Assembly (NCBI GenBank): GCA_951406725.2
Contig: OX597834.1
Coordinates: forward strand, 22,568,001 to 22,632,000
DNA length: 64,000 bases
From: Octopus vulgaris
Lineage: Eukaryota
Direction of reading: 5' to 3'
Shown: piece by piece, positions 12,022-24,155 of the stretch
How positions within the stretch are numbered: position 1 is the first letter of the stretch
Layout: the number at the start of each line of letters is the position of its first letter
Notes under the pieces: generated by a model
What the model was told of the DNA's origin: nothing
Seen by the model: the letters and a program-made list of their open reading frames with translations, nothing else
Database searches by the model: none
Made by a program: the position numbers and the translations under genes

Positions 12022-13074
12022 ATGGAACTGGAGAATTCGAAAATTTCAACAGAGAAAGAAACTTACCGACGTAAATTAGACTTATTATTAAATATCCACG
12101 AGAGATTACGCCAACAAAAACAAGAACTAATTGATAAAAATAAGCGCTTACGTGAAAAAACTGCACCTTTGAGAATGGACGTTAAATTACCCAATAATTC
12201 GCCTTCAACGCGCAAAATTTACAATTGTCTTAATGACATCTACGATCTGGAGTGTAAAATACACAATATTCGTCAAAAATATACCTTAAAAAAATATGAA
12301 AAAGAAAGAAATTTGAATTTACATTCTACTATGAGAATTTACCAAATTTGCAAAGAACTTTCCTTGAAAAATACTGCTGGCATGGAATTATCTGTCAGTG
12401 GAAAAAACGCTTGCGACGAACTTTCAACGGAAAATATTAACTGTAAGGAATTTCCTATCAGTGAAAAAACCGATTGTGATGAAAATTCTATCACAGAAAA
12501 AGACATTATTTTAGAAGAATTTTCTCCTAGTGAAAAAGATGTTTGTCAGGATCTTTCTTCCAGTGAAAAACAAGAATCTGAGAGACTTTCTCCCACCGAA
12601 AAAATTGGCGATGAACTTCCTGCCTCTGAAGAAAACGATTGCGAAGAATTTTATTCAATGGAAAAAACCGTTTGCAAAGAACTTTCTACAGATGAAAAGA
12701 ACATTTACGAAGAACTTTATGCCACTGAAAAATCCGATTGTGGAGAACTTTATACTAACGAAAAATACTTTTGTAATAAACTTCCTACCAATGAGAAAAA
12801 CGTTAGCGAAGAAATTCCTACCACTTCAACATTCGGTGACAAGGAATTTTCTTCTACAGAAAAACGGATTTGTGAGAAACTTTCTACCGAAGAAAAAGTC
12901 GTTTGTCAGGAAATTTTTACCACGGAAAAAAACGTTTGGGAGGATGATCTTGCAACAGAAAAACACGATTGCAATGAGCCTTCGACCAGTGAAAAACCAG
13001 TTTCCGAAGAAATTTCTACCACGGGGAAAAGTGTTTTCGAAGAACTTTCAACCACAGAAAAAAAGAGTTTATAA
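12022..13074 (+). CDS. Intronless hypothetical protein, 350 aa: coiled-coil-like N-terminus plus 22 acidic ~11-aa repeats
   Basis: 1053-nt stop-free frame in very AT-rich DNA, starting at ATG. Repeat units are 10, 11 or 12 aa (only frame-preserving length changes), consensus xEL[ST]xxEKxxC. Candidate acceptor (TTCCATGTTTCCGTAG, AG 11995-11996) lies 25 nt upstream of the ATG. ATTAAA at 13147-13152 is followed by a T-run. No family recognised. Confidence 0.7.
   Translation: MELENSKISTEKETYRRKLDLLLNIHERLRQQKQELIDKNKRLREKTAPLRMDVKLPNNSPSTRKIYNCLNDIYDLECKIHNIRQKYTLKKYEKERNLNLHSTMRIYQICKELSLKNTAGMELSVSGKNACDELSTENINCKEFPISEKTDCDENSITEKDIILEEFSPSEKDVCQDLSSSEKQESERLSPTEKIGDELPASEENDCEEFYSMEKTVCKELSTDEKNIYEELYATEKSDCGELYTNEKYFCNKLPTNEKNVSEEIPTTSTFGDKEFSSTEKRICEKLSTEEKVVCQEIFTTEKNVWEDDLATEKHDCNEPSTSEKPVSEEISTTGKSVFEELSTTEKKSL
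12352..13071 (+). repeat. Coding 33-bp tandem repeat, 22 diverged units
   Basis: Recurrent GAAGAA-TT/CT-TCT-ACC-x-GAAAAA pattern; aa 111-350 of the ORF parse into 22 units. Confidence 0.85.
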
Positions 13075-14964
13075 TCAAAATTTGTAGCATAAATTATAAT
13101 TTAATTTAAACCTTTTTGTACTTATGATTCGTGTATTTTATTCCTTATTAAAAAACAAGTTTCTTTTTTTTTTTTTACCAGTTTGCTGTCGATTTTGTTG
13201 CTGTGATAAGAAGGACGCGTCAAAAATAGTCGCTTTTTAAGTCAGGTTTTAAATAGTTTGCCACGATCTTCCTTTTTGTCCCCGTTTCATTTTTTGGGAG
13301 AAAGATATTTTCAGACTGAAACCAAAGATTTAACTAGTAAACTAATTAGAATTTTCAAACTTATTTTGTTTACGATTTCAAAGTAGAACTCCCGACTAAC
13401 CCATGCATGTTTGCATATACACACACATGCACGCTGGCATAGCCAGATGGTAAAAAAGCTTTCCTTTGCAACCATGAAGTCCTGGCTTTGGTCCTTCTGC
13501 ATGTCAATAGACTTGAGTCAACCCAAACCTGTATAGAAGCCCGCCCATCAAATACGCTTAAGTATAATTGCCACAATGTAATACTGATTCAACAGATGAA
13601 TTACGTTGTGATTTTCGTAGCATGAAAAACTACATCTGTAGAAATTTGGTGAACATGCAATGGGGGTGTCTACCATATGAGGCAGAAAAGCCATCATCAC
13701 AACCTCCATCTAACTAAAACTTAAGTATTTACCCCCAGATGCAACAGTGCCTGTTACTCAGGGATTGGTTTACGTAGCAACATAAGGACTTGCTACTCTT
13801 TCTCATGGTCTTTGGACTACAAAGAACTGCCATCACACACACACACATATATATACATATACTCCACAGCAGAAGTGGTAAAACTGATCTTTCTTGTAGT
13901 GTAAAGCACTCATGGTGGTGCCACATAAAAGCGCCCATGTGATGTCACGTAAAAACGCCTGTGCAGAGCCTTGTAAAAGTGACTCAAGGTCTGAGGGTTT
14001 CATGCATTGGCACTTATCTAAGTGCCCTTCAGTCACTCTGTTGCTTCTGCTAAATATATATATATGCATGTATGTATTTTTATACAAATATATATATATA
14101 TTTATGTGTGTGTTTATATATACATACAGGCGTCCACATGCACCTATGGCTGTGTCAGATAATAAAAGATACCTTGTGGTATTTGGCTGCATCACATTCA
14201 CTTGAGTGCAAATCACATTGAGATTGGGTGGCAAAAGGCCACCCAACCGACTGGTATAAAGTCACTCCAACCTCTGCTCTACAGATGTGCCGTCTCATCT
14301 CTCAGCCTCTTCCACTACTTCTGTAACAGGCACCCTGGGCTGCCAAGTTGTGATGATGGTATGAAACAAGGGAGTGGGTTCAGTCTATCACTCCCCGGCA
14401 GGTCACAGAGAGAGATTTGAACTCATAATGCAAGGGACCAGAATAAATACCACAAGGCACCTGGTCCAGTTTGTTAACAATTCCACAACCTTAGACTGGT
14501 ATTTTATGTATCAACCCCAGGAGGGCAAAAAGCAAAAGCTAACCTTGGTGGGATCTGAACTCGGAATGAAAGAAGCCAAAATATAAATACTGTAAAATAT
14601 TTTATCCAATGCCTTTGACATGTCTGCCAACTCCCCACCATCATCCCACCTGTTCCTGTATACCTGGTCTGATATTTCTACAACATACATAAAAATTCTG
14701 GACCACATCCAAAAGACCACCTCACTGATTGGCAAAAACTTACTTACCAAGATGCACAGCTTCCTCCTCCTCTTCCACCACCATCACTGCTAAATGACCC
14801 TCTATGTGGTCACTCAACCTGCTTAGAAATAGCAGCCAAATATCCTTCAAACAACACAGTTCAAGGTAGACAAGTAAACTACTGCTGTTAAACTTGTTTG
14901 AATTTTCAAAATATTTAGTTTGAACATTCATCTCTCCTGAACAAGATGCCCGTCTGTTGTGGGG

Positions 14965-16505
14965 TTAACCATTTTGACACCAACCCACCTCAGATCACCC
15001 CTGGTGCTGTGATACAAACTTTCTGCTTTAAAAAGTGGTCTATCTTAAAACCTTCCATCAAAATTTCATGTTGATTTATATTCAAAAGACCAGATTAAAT
15101 AATGACAAAGTTATTTTATTAAATTCTTCACTATTTTTCATAATTAATTGAAATAAGAACAGTATTTCAACAGAAATATTACAAAATAGTTAAGTGGATC
15201 CGTCTTTGCTTTTTAAGAATGGCAAACAGTTGAACCAGATCTGTGGTTCCCTGCCTTCCAACTTATCAGCTTAAGGATTTTGGTACCAACTTGCTTGAGA
15301 CTTCTCCTGGTTCTTTGATATAAATTTCCTGTTTTCAAGTGATCTCTATAGAAACCTTCCATCAAAATTTCGTGTTAATTTTTATTCTAAACTCCAGCTT
15401 AATAACGGCAAAGTTATTACATTAAATTCTTCGTTATTTTCTATAATTAATTGAAATAAAGACAGTGTATTTCAACAGAAATATGCTAACTGTAGGGTTA
15501 AGATAGTAAGTTAGAATTTGAGGGAGATTTGACTGCTATGTTTGAAGAATGTTATTATTGGGATCGCTTGTTATTAATGAGAAAACAAAATATAGATTAC
15601 ATTTATATAGGTTTTCTTTCTTCCTCACTATGGGGTTGGACAAGTTAAAAAAGTTTGAAAATCTTCTTAAACCTTTTGGTACCAATCCAACTGAGACCAC
15701 CTCTGGTGTTAGGATACAGACAACCTGTTTTAAAGGGATTTAAATTAAAATCAGCCACCAAAATTTCATGTTACTTTTTTTTCCAGATTCTGACTAAATT
15801 ATGACAAAGTTATTTTATTAAATTCTTCATTATTTTAAAAATGAATTGAAACTAATACAGTTTGTTTAAAAGAAATATGGTAAAAAAAGATTTAATATAT
15901 CAAGTTGGAATTCGAAACAGATTTAGCTTCTATATTTGTAGTTGTAATTGTTGAAATCTCTCTCTTGTTATTAATGATAAAACAAAATACAGATTGAATC
16001 CCTATAATTCTTCTGTTTTCCTTGCCATGGGTTGGATATGTTTATAAAGTTTAAAAACTATCTTAAACTTTTTGATACCAATCCAACTGAGACCACCAGC
16101 CCTGGTACTACGATACAAAACTTCTTGCTTTAAAGGGATCTAACTTAAAGCCTTCCATCTAATAATAATAATAATAATAATAATTGTGTACAGTGCTCAG
16201 GTGCACTACAACTCATCTAAAGTCTATATATAATCAGGTGTAGTTTCAGCGGATTTCGGAAAGCATGAGGGCCTTAAAGGATGCAGTGTCATCTAAATTT
16301 CATGTTCTAAATATCAGATTAATAACATACTAAACTCTTCATTATTTTAAAAATTAACTGGAATAAAATTAGTGTATTTCGGAAAAATATGGTAACAAAA
16401 GGATTAAGATAATGATTAGGGATTTGAGGGAGATTTGGCTGCTGTGTCTGTAGATTGTTGTTGAGACCCTTATTGTTATCAATAAAACTTTAAGTAAAGG
16501 GTTAA
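14965..16505. repeat. Array of four TTAA-flanked MITEs with homologous spacers
   Basis: MITEs at 14965-15193, 15271-15501, 15667-15895 and 16063-16407. Copies 2-4 start exactly 396 bp apart, and the spacers after copies 2, 3 and 4 align. Confidence 0.8.
16156..16296 (-). mobile_element. Short retroposon 3' end with (TTA)n tail and 7-bp TSD inside MITE copy 4
   Basis: CATCTAA at 16156-16162 and 16290-16296; the insert is absent from the other three MITE copies. Confidence 0.7.
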
Positions 16506-17024
16506 CTTCCAACTGCTCTCAGTATTTATTTTTCAGCTGAGTCGAAAAGAATAATGGGAAATGAAGTCTCCTGCTCAAAGAGACAATGCTTGATCTGAGA
16601 ATTGAACCCTGTATTGTAAGCTGAATAACCTAACCACTTGGCCACATGGCATCATTCTTACTCTGTAATAATTGAGCAAAGGTACACGGCTTAGTGGTTT
16701 GGATATTCCGATCACAGTCGTAAAGTTGTGAGTTCAATAATTGGCAAGGTGTCAATGTGAAATAAAGAGACTTGCTCAAGGACACACCTTGGGGCTTTAG
16801 TATGACAGTAGTAGTAATAAGTGAAGGTGCATGACAATCATAAGGTCATCAGTTCAATTCTTTGGTGATGCATTGTGTCCTTGAACAAGACACTTTATTT
16901 CACATTGCTCCAGTCCACTCAGCTGGCAAAACTGAGTAGCACCTGTAATTCAAAGGGGCCAGCCTTCTTCCATCCTGTGCCATGCTGAATCTCCTTGATA
17001 ACTACGTTAAGGGTATATATGTAT

Positions 17025-17247
17025 ATGCGAGCTTGCAGAAACGTTTGCACACTGAGCAAAATGCTGAGCGGTATTTCGTTGTGAGTTCAAATTCCGCCGA
17101 GGTCGACTTTGCCTTTCATCCTTTCAGGGTCGATAAATTAAGTATCAGTTACGCACTGAGGTCGGTGTAATCGACTTAATACCTATGTCTGTCCTTGTTT
17201 GTCCCCTCTGTGTTTAGCCCCTTGTAGGTAATAAAGAAATAGGTATA
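17025..17247 (+). mobile_element. Family-A SINE nested in a family-H SINE
   Basis: A unit inserted in the GGTAT of the host SINE, with GGTATAT on both sides. Confidence 0.8.
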
Positions 17248-17775
17248 TGTGTCTGTGGAGTGCTCAGCCACTTGCATGTTAATTGCATGGACAGGCTGTT
17301 TGTTTGGTTGATCAAATCAACTGGAACATTCATCGTTGCGACTGACAGAGAACCAGTTATGATAATTGAAGAAAACAAGACAGTGCACTTAAACAGCCAA
17401 CAAACTTTTGGAAATCAAGAAAATTGTTTTGTTCTATTTTTTTTATTACTTTTCTTAGTAATCAAGGTTTAAAAACACAGTAATCATAGCTTCAGTAGAT
17501 TCTGAGATACCAGAATGTGCACTGAAGTATAATCAATTTGGACTTCTTGAGATACCAAAGTGGGGTTGCTAGCTTCTGTACTTTCTGAGACATACCAACC
17601 AAAGTGGACGGAGAAGAAATCAGTTTGGACGCCTTGGCTTCTGTGATAGCAGACTGGACACTGAAGTAATCAAGCAAGCAAACAACTCATGAGAAACTGT
17701 GGCACTTACTTTTTGGATGGTTGGGTATATTAGATGTGGTAAAGGTAGGTGGTATTGTGGGGCACACACAAAACA

Positions 17776-18069
17776 AAAAACAGAAAAGCACAATTATTTG
17801 GAACTTTACAAGCAGTATGGGAGAACATAGCACCAGAAGAATGTCACAATCTTGTGGAATCCATGCCAAGACGAATTATGGCAGTGATTAAAGCCAAACG
17901 TTTAAAGTTAAACATAGGAAGATCTGGGGAAGCTATATTTTGGAAATCCGTCAGCCCAATGGTTTCCCTTCATGGCAGAATTAATAGTCAAGACTATTTA
18001 AGCACTTTATCTGATCAAATTCATCCTCTGGTTGTGGAACTGTTTCTGAAGGGAAACACAATCTTTCAG
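17776..18069 (+). mobile_element. Tc1/mariner transposase remnants in swapped order
   Basis: 17776-17898 gives QLFGTLQAVWENIAPEECHNLVESMPRRIMAVIKAK (Tc1 C-terminus). 17926-18069 gives AIFWKSVSPMVSLHGRINSQDYLSTLSDQIHPLVVELFLKGNTIFQ (mid-DDE region), cut at FQ by a SINE. Confidence 0.85.
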
Positions 18070-19027
18070 CGGCTGTGTGGTAAGAAGCTTGCTTCCCACC
18101 TACATGGTTCCAGGTTCAACCCTGTTGCATGGCACCTTGGGCAAGTGTCTTCTACTATAGCCTCAGGCCAACCAAAGCCTTGTGAGTGGATTTGGTAGAT
18201 GAAAACTGAAAGAAGCCCATTGTATGTATATATATGTGTGTCTGTGTTTGTCCCCCACCACATCGCTTGACAACTGATGTTGGTGTGTTTATGTCCCCAT
18301 AAATAAGTGATAGGATAAGTACTAGGCTTACAAAGAATAAGTCCAGAGGTTGATTTCTTCATCTAAAAAGCAGTGCTCCAGCATGGCATCAGTCAAATGA
18401 CTGAAACAAGTAAAAGAATACACAGACACACACATACATATTTGTGAGTGTGAGTCTGTGCAGGAATGGCATTCCATGTGTCCTCATTAACACTGTTTCA
18501 GCGAGGAATGGTGCCTTCGTTTGCAATCTCCAATAATCAAAAGATTCTGTAGTGTCACCCTTTTGAAGTGTGAGGACCAGAAAAATGGAGAAAAAGAAAC
18601 AGAAAAAATTTTACTTACAAAAAAAGAAGAACATTGAGAAATAGAAAATTTGCCTCAACAAGTTTCATTTAATCCTTGCCAGCAGGTAAAAATGAATGTA
18701 AAATTAAATGATGTAGAGCCTAATTTGGAATTGTTGGATATGTTGGATGAGGTGGGAAAGAACAGGTAGTGGAGCACACATAGACACACTGAAAATGAAT
18801 ACAGAGTGCAGCAGAAAAACCTCCCGTCTTTTGCAGAGCCGTTGCTGTGGCACCAAGGAAGTTAAGCAGGTGATAGTGGTGTCTTCTTAAAGCTAATGTT
18901 TTACCATTATGTTTTCAGCCATCATCATGGTTTGGGTTGATGCACACTATGTGTTTGCTGTTGAAATGTTTATCAAGAAGGAATGATGAATATGGGAGGG
19001 ATTTTTTTGCCACACCCTGGACTATGA

Positions 19028-19432
19028 TACTCTTTACTCTCTCTTTTACTCTTTTACTTGTTTCAAGTCATTTGACTGCGGCCATACTGGAGCACCGCCT
19101 TTAGTCGAGCAACTTGACCCTGGGACTTATTCTTTGTAAGCCCAGTACTGGTCTCTTTTGCCTAAACCGCTAAGTGACGGGGACGTAAACACACCAGCAT
19201 CGGTTGTCAAGCAATGCTAGGGGGACAAACACAGACACACACATACATATATATATATATACATATATACGACAGGCTTCTTTCAGTTTCCATCTACCGA
19301 ATTCACTCACAAGGTATTGGTCAGCCCGGGGCTATAGCAGAAGACACTTGCCCAAGATGCCACGCAGTGGGACTGAACCCGGAACCATGTGGTTGGTTAG
19401 CAAGCTACTTACCACACAGCCACTCCTGCGCC
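19028..19432 (-). mobile_element. tRNA-derived SINE (family B) with an internal (TA)/(TG) linker and (AGAGTAA)-type tail
   Basis: Head GGCGCAGGAGTGGCTGTGTGGTAAG..GGTTCAGTCCC; full length. Confidence 0.85.
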
Positions 19433-19713
19433 TATGATGTGGAGAATTTATTAAAAAAAATATGCCTGAACAGAAATTGCTTTTTATTGTCAGTTTTTTT
19501 GTTGTTGTTTCCTTTTTATCTTTTTAAATACTAAACATAAATCAGACATGAACTGTATAAAAAAAAAAATCTGTGTAATTGATAAATATATTTCATACAA
19601 AATTTTTTTTAAAAGAGAAAACATATGCATGAACAGCATGATGAAGACGTTTAACAAAGTAATTAAAAGCCTTCATGATAATTCTTCAATTTTAATTGTT
19701 TGTTTGAATTATC

Positions 19714-20236
19714 ATTATTATTATTATTGAGTGAGAGAGCAGTGCATGCCACCAAAGTGACACTGGAGTAAAATATATGAAGCCTAGTATACCTATCATG
19801 ACTACCCGTCTGATAAGGGTACACTAGGCACATGCATCACAACCATATGTGCATGACATGGTGATCTCATATCAAGATAAACAGTGCAGGACTTTGCAGG
19901 TGGGGTCCAGTTAGAATTTTCTTCTAGTCGAGTATCCCATCCCACTCAAAAGGTCCCTGAATAAAGATTGTTTAAGGATGTTGAACGAACCACCCATGTT
20001 TCCAAAGGTGAATTATCCAAACCTCCAAGAATTTCTTTCAACACATGGCTATGATGCTCCCCCACTACTGTTCATGATCAGAGATGCACATATCATCAGC
20101 CACTAAGGGACATGCTCAACTGGTTAAGGTCAAACAACTGACAAGCAGAATATTTGCTGTAGCCCATCTTTTATACCAAGACAAAACAATGTACATGATA
20201 ACGCTTCCAATCAGTTGGTACTGCATTAGGGCATTT
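19714..20236 (-). mobile_element. ~510-bp (AAT)n-tailed interspersed repeat of unknown class
   Basis: Its 3' end CCAGTGTCACTTTG...TGCTCTCTCACTC-AATAATAAT recurs at 31754-31810; both ends abut AAT/TTA runs. Confidence 0.6.
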
Positions 20237-20845
20237 ATTATTATTATCATCATCATCATCATTATTACTTATCAAATACACAAAAGAAAAAACAGAGCTA
20301 AAAATACACTTCACTCTGAGAAGTGCCAGGGATTGCAAAAAAGTAAAAAAAATAAATAAAATAAAATAAATAAATAATTCTTAGCATATGAATGGATATA
20401 ACACATTGCCAAAGTTGGCCACCCCCATCTAAAGGAAAACAAAAAACAAAACAGAAAACAAGAAGACATTTTTAATAGCAAAATCAAATGGAGATTAGGC
20501 AAGCTGGCAGAATCATTAGCAAGCCAGGCGAAATGCTTACTGGTATTTCGTCTGTCACTATGTTCTGAGTTCAAATTCCATCAAGGTTGACTTTGCCCTT
20601 CATCCTTTTGGGGTCAAGAAATTAAGTACTAGTGAAACACTGGGGTTGATGCTATCACCACATCCCCTCCCCCAAAATGGCTGCCCTTGTGACAAAATTT
20701 GAAACCATTTTTATTATAAACTATTTCAAACACTAAAAACAAAATAAAATCATTTCAGCAATAACGAAAACAAATAAAAATCATAGTCACCCTACACCAC
20801 CACTACCACCAAGTTGACCCACAAGTTTTAAACACTAAAAAGGTG

Positions 20846-21127
20846 GAAAATTACTATTTGTAAATCTCACAATGAGAGATATTCAGCAAGAGTACTTTGG
20901 AGTAAAGATAATTTTCAAACATAACATGGCAGTCCTGGTTTAGGACGAATGTTGCAGTAATTTAGCCCCAGGAGACATCGTCTCCACTGGCTATATGACA
21001 CAATCTATGTCCTTATATTTTCAAACAAGGGAATCTAGCACTCTCAGCTCAAAACAATATCTGAGTATCACGATTTCTTGGTTATTTCCCTTCATCAGCA
21101 CAGAATAACTGTTTGGCTAGAGGTGGA
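20846..21127 (-). mobile_element. Dispersed ~300-bp hammerhead-bearing repeat (family J), copy 2
   Basis: Collinear with 3325-3605. Shares the AACATGGC...AGCCCCAGGAGACATCGTCTCCA.CTGGCT module with the 32001-32280 insertion. Confidence 0.7.
21060..21104 (-). ncRNA. Minimal hammerhead motif, intact core, weak stem II
   Basis: UCUGUG-CUGAUGA-AGGGAAAUAACCAA-GAA-AUCGUGAU-A/CUCAGA. Stem I pairs 5/6; helix III is near-palindromic. Confidence 0.55.
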
Positions 21128-21374
21128 TTCTTTATTATGATTATACACTCAATACACAGATGGGACATTACAATATGAAATGATTACAAAAATGTTAAGA
21201 TGAGTTCGAATGAACATTAAAAATTAAAATATAGTTTATATGATTTACTTGACTTTCCTGGTATCCTTTTTTTTTTCTCATTTAAAAAAAAAAATAAATC
21301 AAACGAGTTCAAACTATATACCTGGCAGCCTGTATGGCCCAGCAACTATCTTATTTTTTTTCCTTCATTGATGA

Positions 21375-21910
21375 TTAAGCTGGGTTACTGACACCCACCT
21401 ATCTCATCACATCCTTCCAACGTTTCTCATACTCTCTCTGCGACAGGGTCTTCCTCTCTAACTCTATCTTGTCTTCAGATGGTATCTGAAGTAGGTTATC
21501 AAACCCGGGCCACAGACAAAGGATCCTGTCACGAAACCTTCCATTCTAGTTCGCCATACACACTCTTTCAATAATGCCACTGTACAGTGAAAACATGCCT
21601 CACCTTCCTTTGAGAGTCCATTTGGTGGCACCATCTGTATTATAGATAGCCGTAGAAACACTGCCAGATCTGACTGGGCCTGACGAAGCCTTCCAGCCTC
21701 ACAGACCCCAGTTGACCCGTCCAACCCATGCTAGCATGGAAAGCGGACGCTAAATGATGATGATGATGATGATGAAGCACCAACAGCTGTACTCATCCCA
21801 GATGAAACAACATGTGTACTACGTAACTTGTCAAGCTTGACAGCTCCCGACATTGTACAAAAGTGTGCTGGACGGTTTCATTGTCCAGCCCACATCTTGG
21901 ACATGTCACC
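21375..21910 (-). mobile_element. Tx1/L1-type LINE C-terminal fragment, split by a SINE (21651-21775)
   Basis: CPRCGLDNETVQHTFVQC zinc knuckle at 21903-21850. After the SINE: ALLKECVWRTRMEGFVTGSFVCGPGLITYFRYHLKTR*...ERKTLSQREYEKRW. Confidence 0.7.
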
Positions 21911-22972
21911 TTTACCTTTTAATTCCATCTGATCCATACAAGCATAGGAAAGGGGAAATTATAATGCTGCTGTTGCTGCTGATTGATGATTGATGATAAT
22001 GACAATAAAGTGTGTTATGAGGTTAGTTGAGCTGAACCTATCGTCCACAGTATATCGCAAGAACTTGTAATAAACTGTGTATGATTTATTTCCAAACAAA
22101 AGAAACGGAAACGGATTTGGTAGAATTATGAGAACAACAAACAAAATACCTTGTGGTCTTTAGTTTTGGCCATTTATGTTCTAAGTTCAATTCCTTCCAA
22201 GGTCGATTTTGCTTTGTTTTGCTTTTGTTGTTGTTTTTTTTTTCCTTTTTTTTATTTTTTTTTTTCATCATCCTTCTGGGATAGTCGATACGATAAAATA
22301 TTAATCAAGTTGTCAGGTTCTACAACAGTTTCGATATATTCTTACAATGCATCCTGGATGTAAATAGAATTATAAAGAAGACTAAGACCAAGTCAGCAAA
22401 AGTCACATCAGGCATCAATCAAATTCAGAAGAGAGTGAAGACGACTGACTACGCAGAGACATGGAGGTGTGGTTAACATGCTCGCATCCCAACTACATGG
22501 TTTCAGGTTCAGTCTCACACTGCACAGTACACTAGACAAATGCCTTCAATTACATCCCCGGGTCGATCAAAGCCTTGTACGTAGATTTTGTAGATGGAAA
22601 CTCAAAGAAGCCCAGTGTATCAACACACACACACATACATACACATATATATTTATATAAAATCTCATTTGTGAACCCATGAGAAACAAACCTCTACCAA
22701 CTGTTCTGCCTAATATGTCCATGCACACTTTTCGATGCAATGTATGCCAGAAAGTCTGTAAATCTATTGGAGGCCTCAAAAGACATTTTAAGATCCACAA
22801 AGATTAGTACTTAACTGCAGCTCTTGGTGGTCGGTCCAAATCAGATATGCAATCTATGCGGGTGTCTTTTCAACACATTGTCAGGTTTAAAAAGCCACAT
22901 CAGATGTCATGATGGTTCCAAGGTGTAGGTATAGGAGGTGGTCAAACTCTGCCTAAGGAGTAGACAACCACC

Positions 22973-23006
<34 letters not shown>

Positions 23007-23519
23007 CAAAGTTTATTTGCTAAGGTAAAGTGGCATATATATATATATGTATCTATATATATTAATATATGTATGTACATGTGTATATATATATTAATAT
23101 ATGTATGTACATGTGTATATACATATGTATGTATGTATGTATGTAAGGGTGTGTGTGAATGCTTGTGTCCTCGTCTTGACATCATGTGATAGTCGTAAAT
23201 GAATGTCACTGTCATACAAGCGGTGTCATCCATTTCCTATAGTCTGTGAAAACAAATCTGGCCATGCAGAAATATTACGATATATGGAAATGGGTAAGGG
23301 TTAGCAACAGGAAGGGCATTCAGTTGTGGAAAAGCCTACTTCAGTAAACTCTGTCCTACCCAACGTAAGTCTAGAAAAGTGAATATTATGATGATGATGA
23401 TGATGATGATGATGATAACCTATCAACCATTTTCCAAAGTTATTTTTGTCACAGATCCTGTAACATGATCGCAGACCCCTTACCAATATGTTGCAGACAA
23501 TAACAAATCCTGACATGAA

Positions 23520-23763
23520 AAGAAACCAAAAAAATTCTTTTAGAGAGGGAATTTATTCATAAAAAATGAAAAACACATAATAATTTATTTTTATTATTCT
23601 GAAAATGGTGAATATCTTTTAGCTTTATAAAATAAAAATCATTTAAATGTTTATTAAAGTGCTTTGCCTCAGGGAACCCATGAAAATTAGCATTCACTGT
23701 GTTCAAGCATATATATTTTTTAATGCTCTTGTGTGTTGCGTTATTTTTACAAACACCCTGCAT
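23520..23763. mobile_element. Possible Tc1/mariner-type MITE remnant
   Basis: Ends ...TTTTTACAAACACCCTG-CAT, resembling a CAGGGTG-type terminal repeat; the other end was not found. Confidence 0.3.
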
Positions 23764-23947
23764 GTATGTATATATGTATGTATATATGTATGTATGCATG
23801 AAAGCTGTTAGTGGCAGCAAAGTTTTGCCGTGTGTCAGCTTTGACAGATTATAAACACACATACACACAGAGATATATATATAGTTCATTCCTTGAACTG
23901 GCATTTTACCATGGTATAGGGTCTAGACATATATATGCATGTGTTTC

Positions 23948-23998
<51 letters not shown>

Positions 23999-24066
23999 AC
24001 AGATATATATATAGAGATAGATATGCACGAGAGTAAGTCAGAAAGATACACAATTTAATTAATTAA

Positions 24067-24097
<31 letters not shown>

Positions 24098-24115
24098 CAT
24101 ACACACAGACACACA

Positions 24116-24155
<40 letters not shown>

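Larger units (their letters stand above)
8900..13300. promoter_or_regulatory. CpG-retaining, transposon-poor island; putative promoter region
   Basis: Visibly more CpG and fewer SINEs than the flanks (not counted). Perfect ETS-type ACCGGAAGTG at 11321-11330. CRE-like GACGTCA/TGACGTC near 8959 and 9028. Confidence 0.4.

Noticed and set aside
20040-20110. CTGATGA on the minus strand within the 19.7-kb element
   Set aside because: No GAAA, helix III or stem I at a usable spacing.
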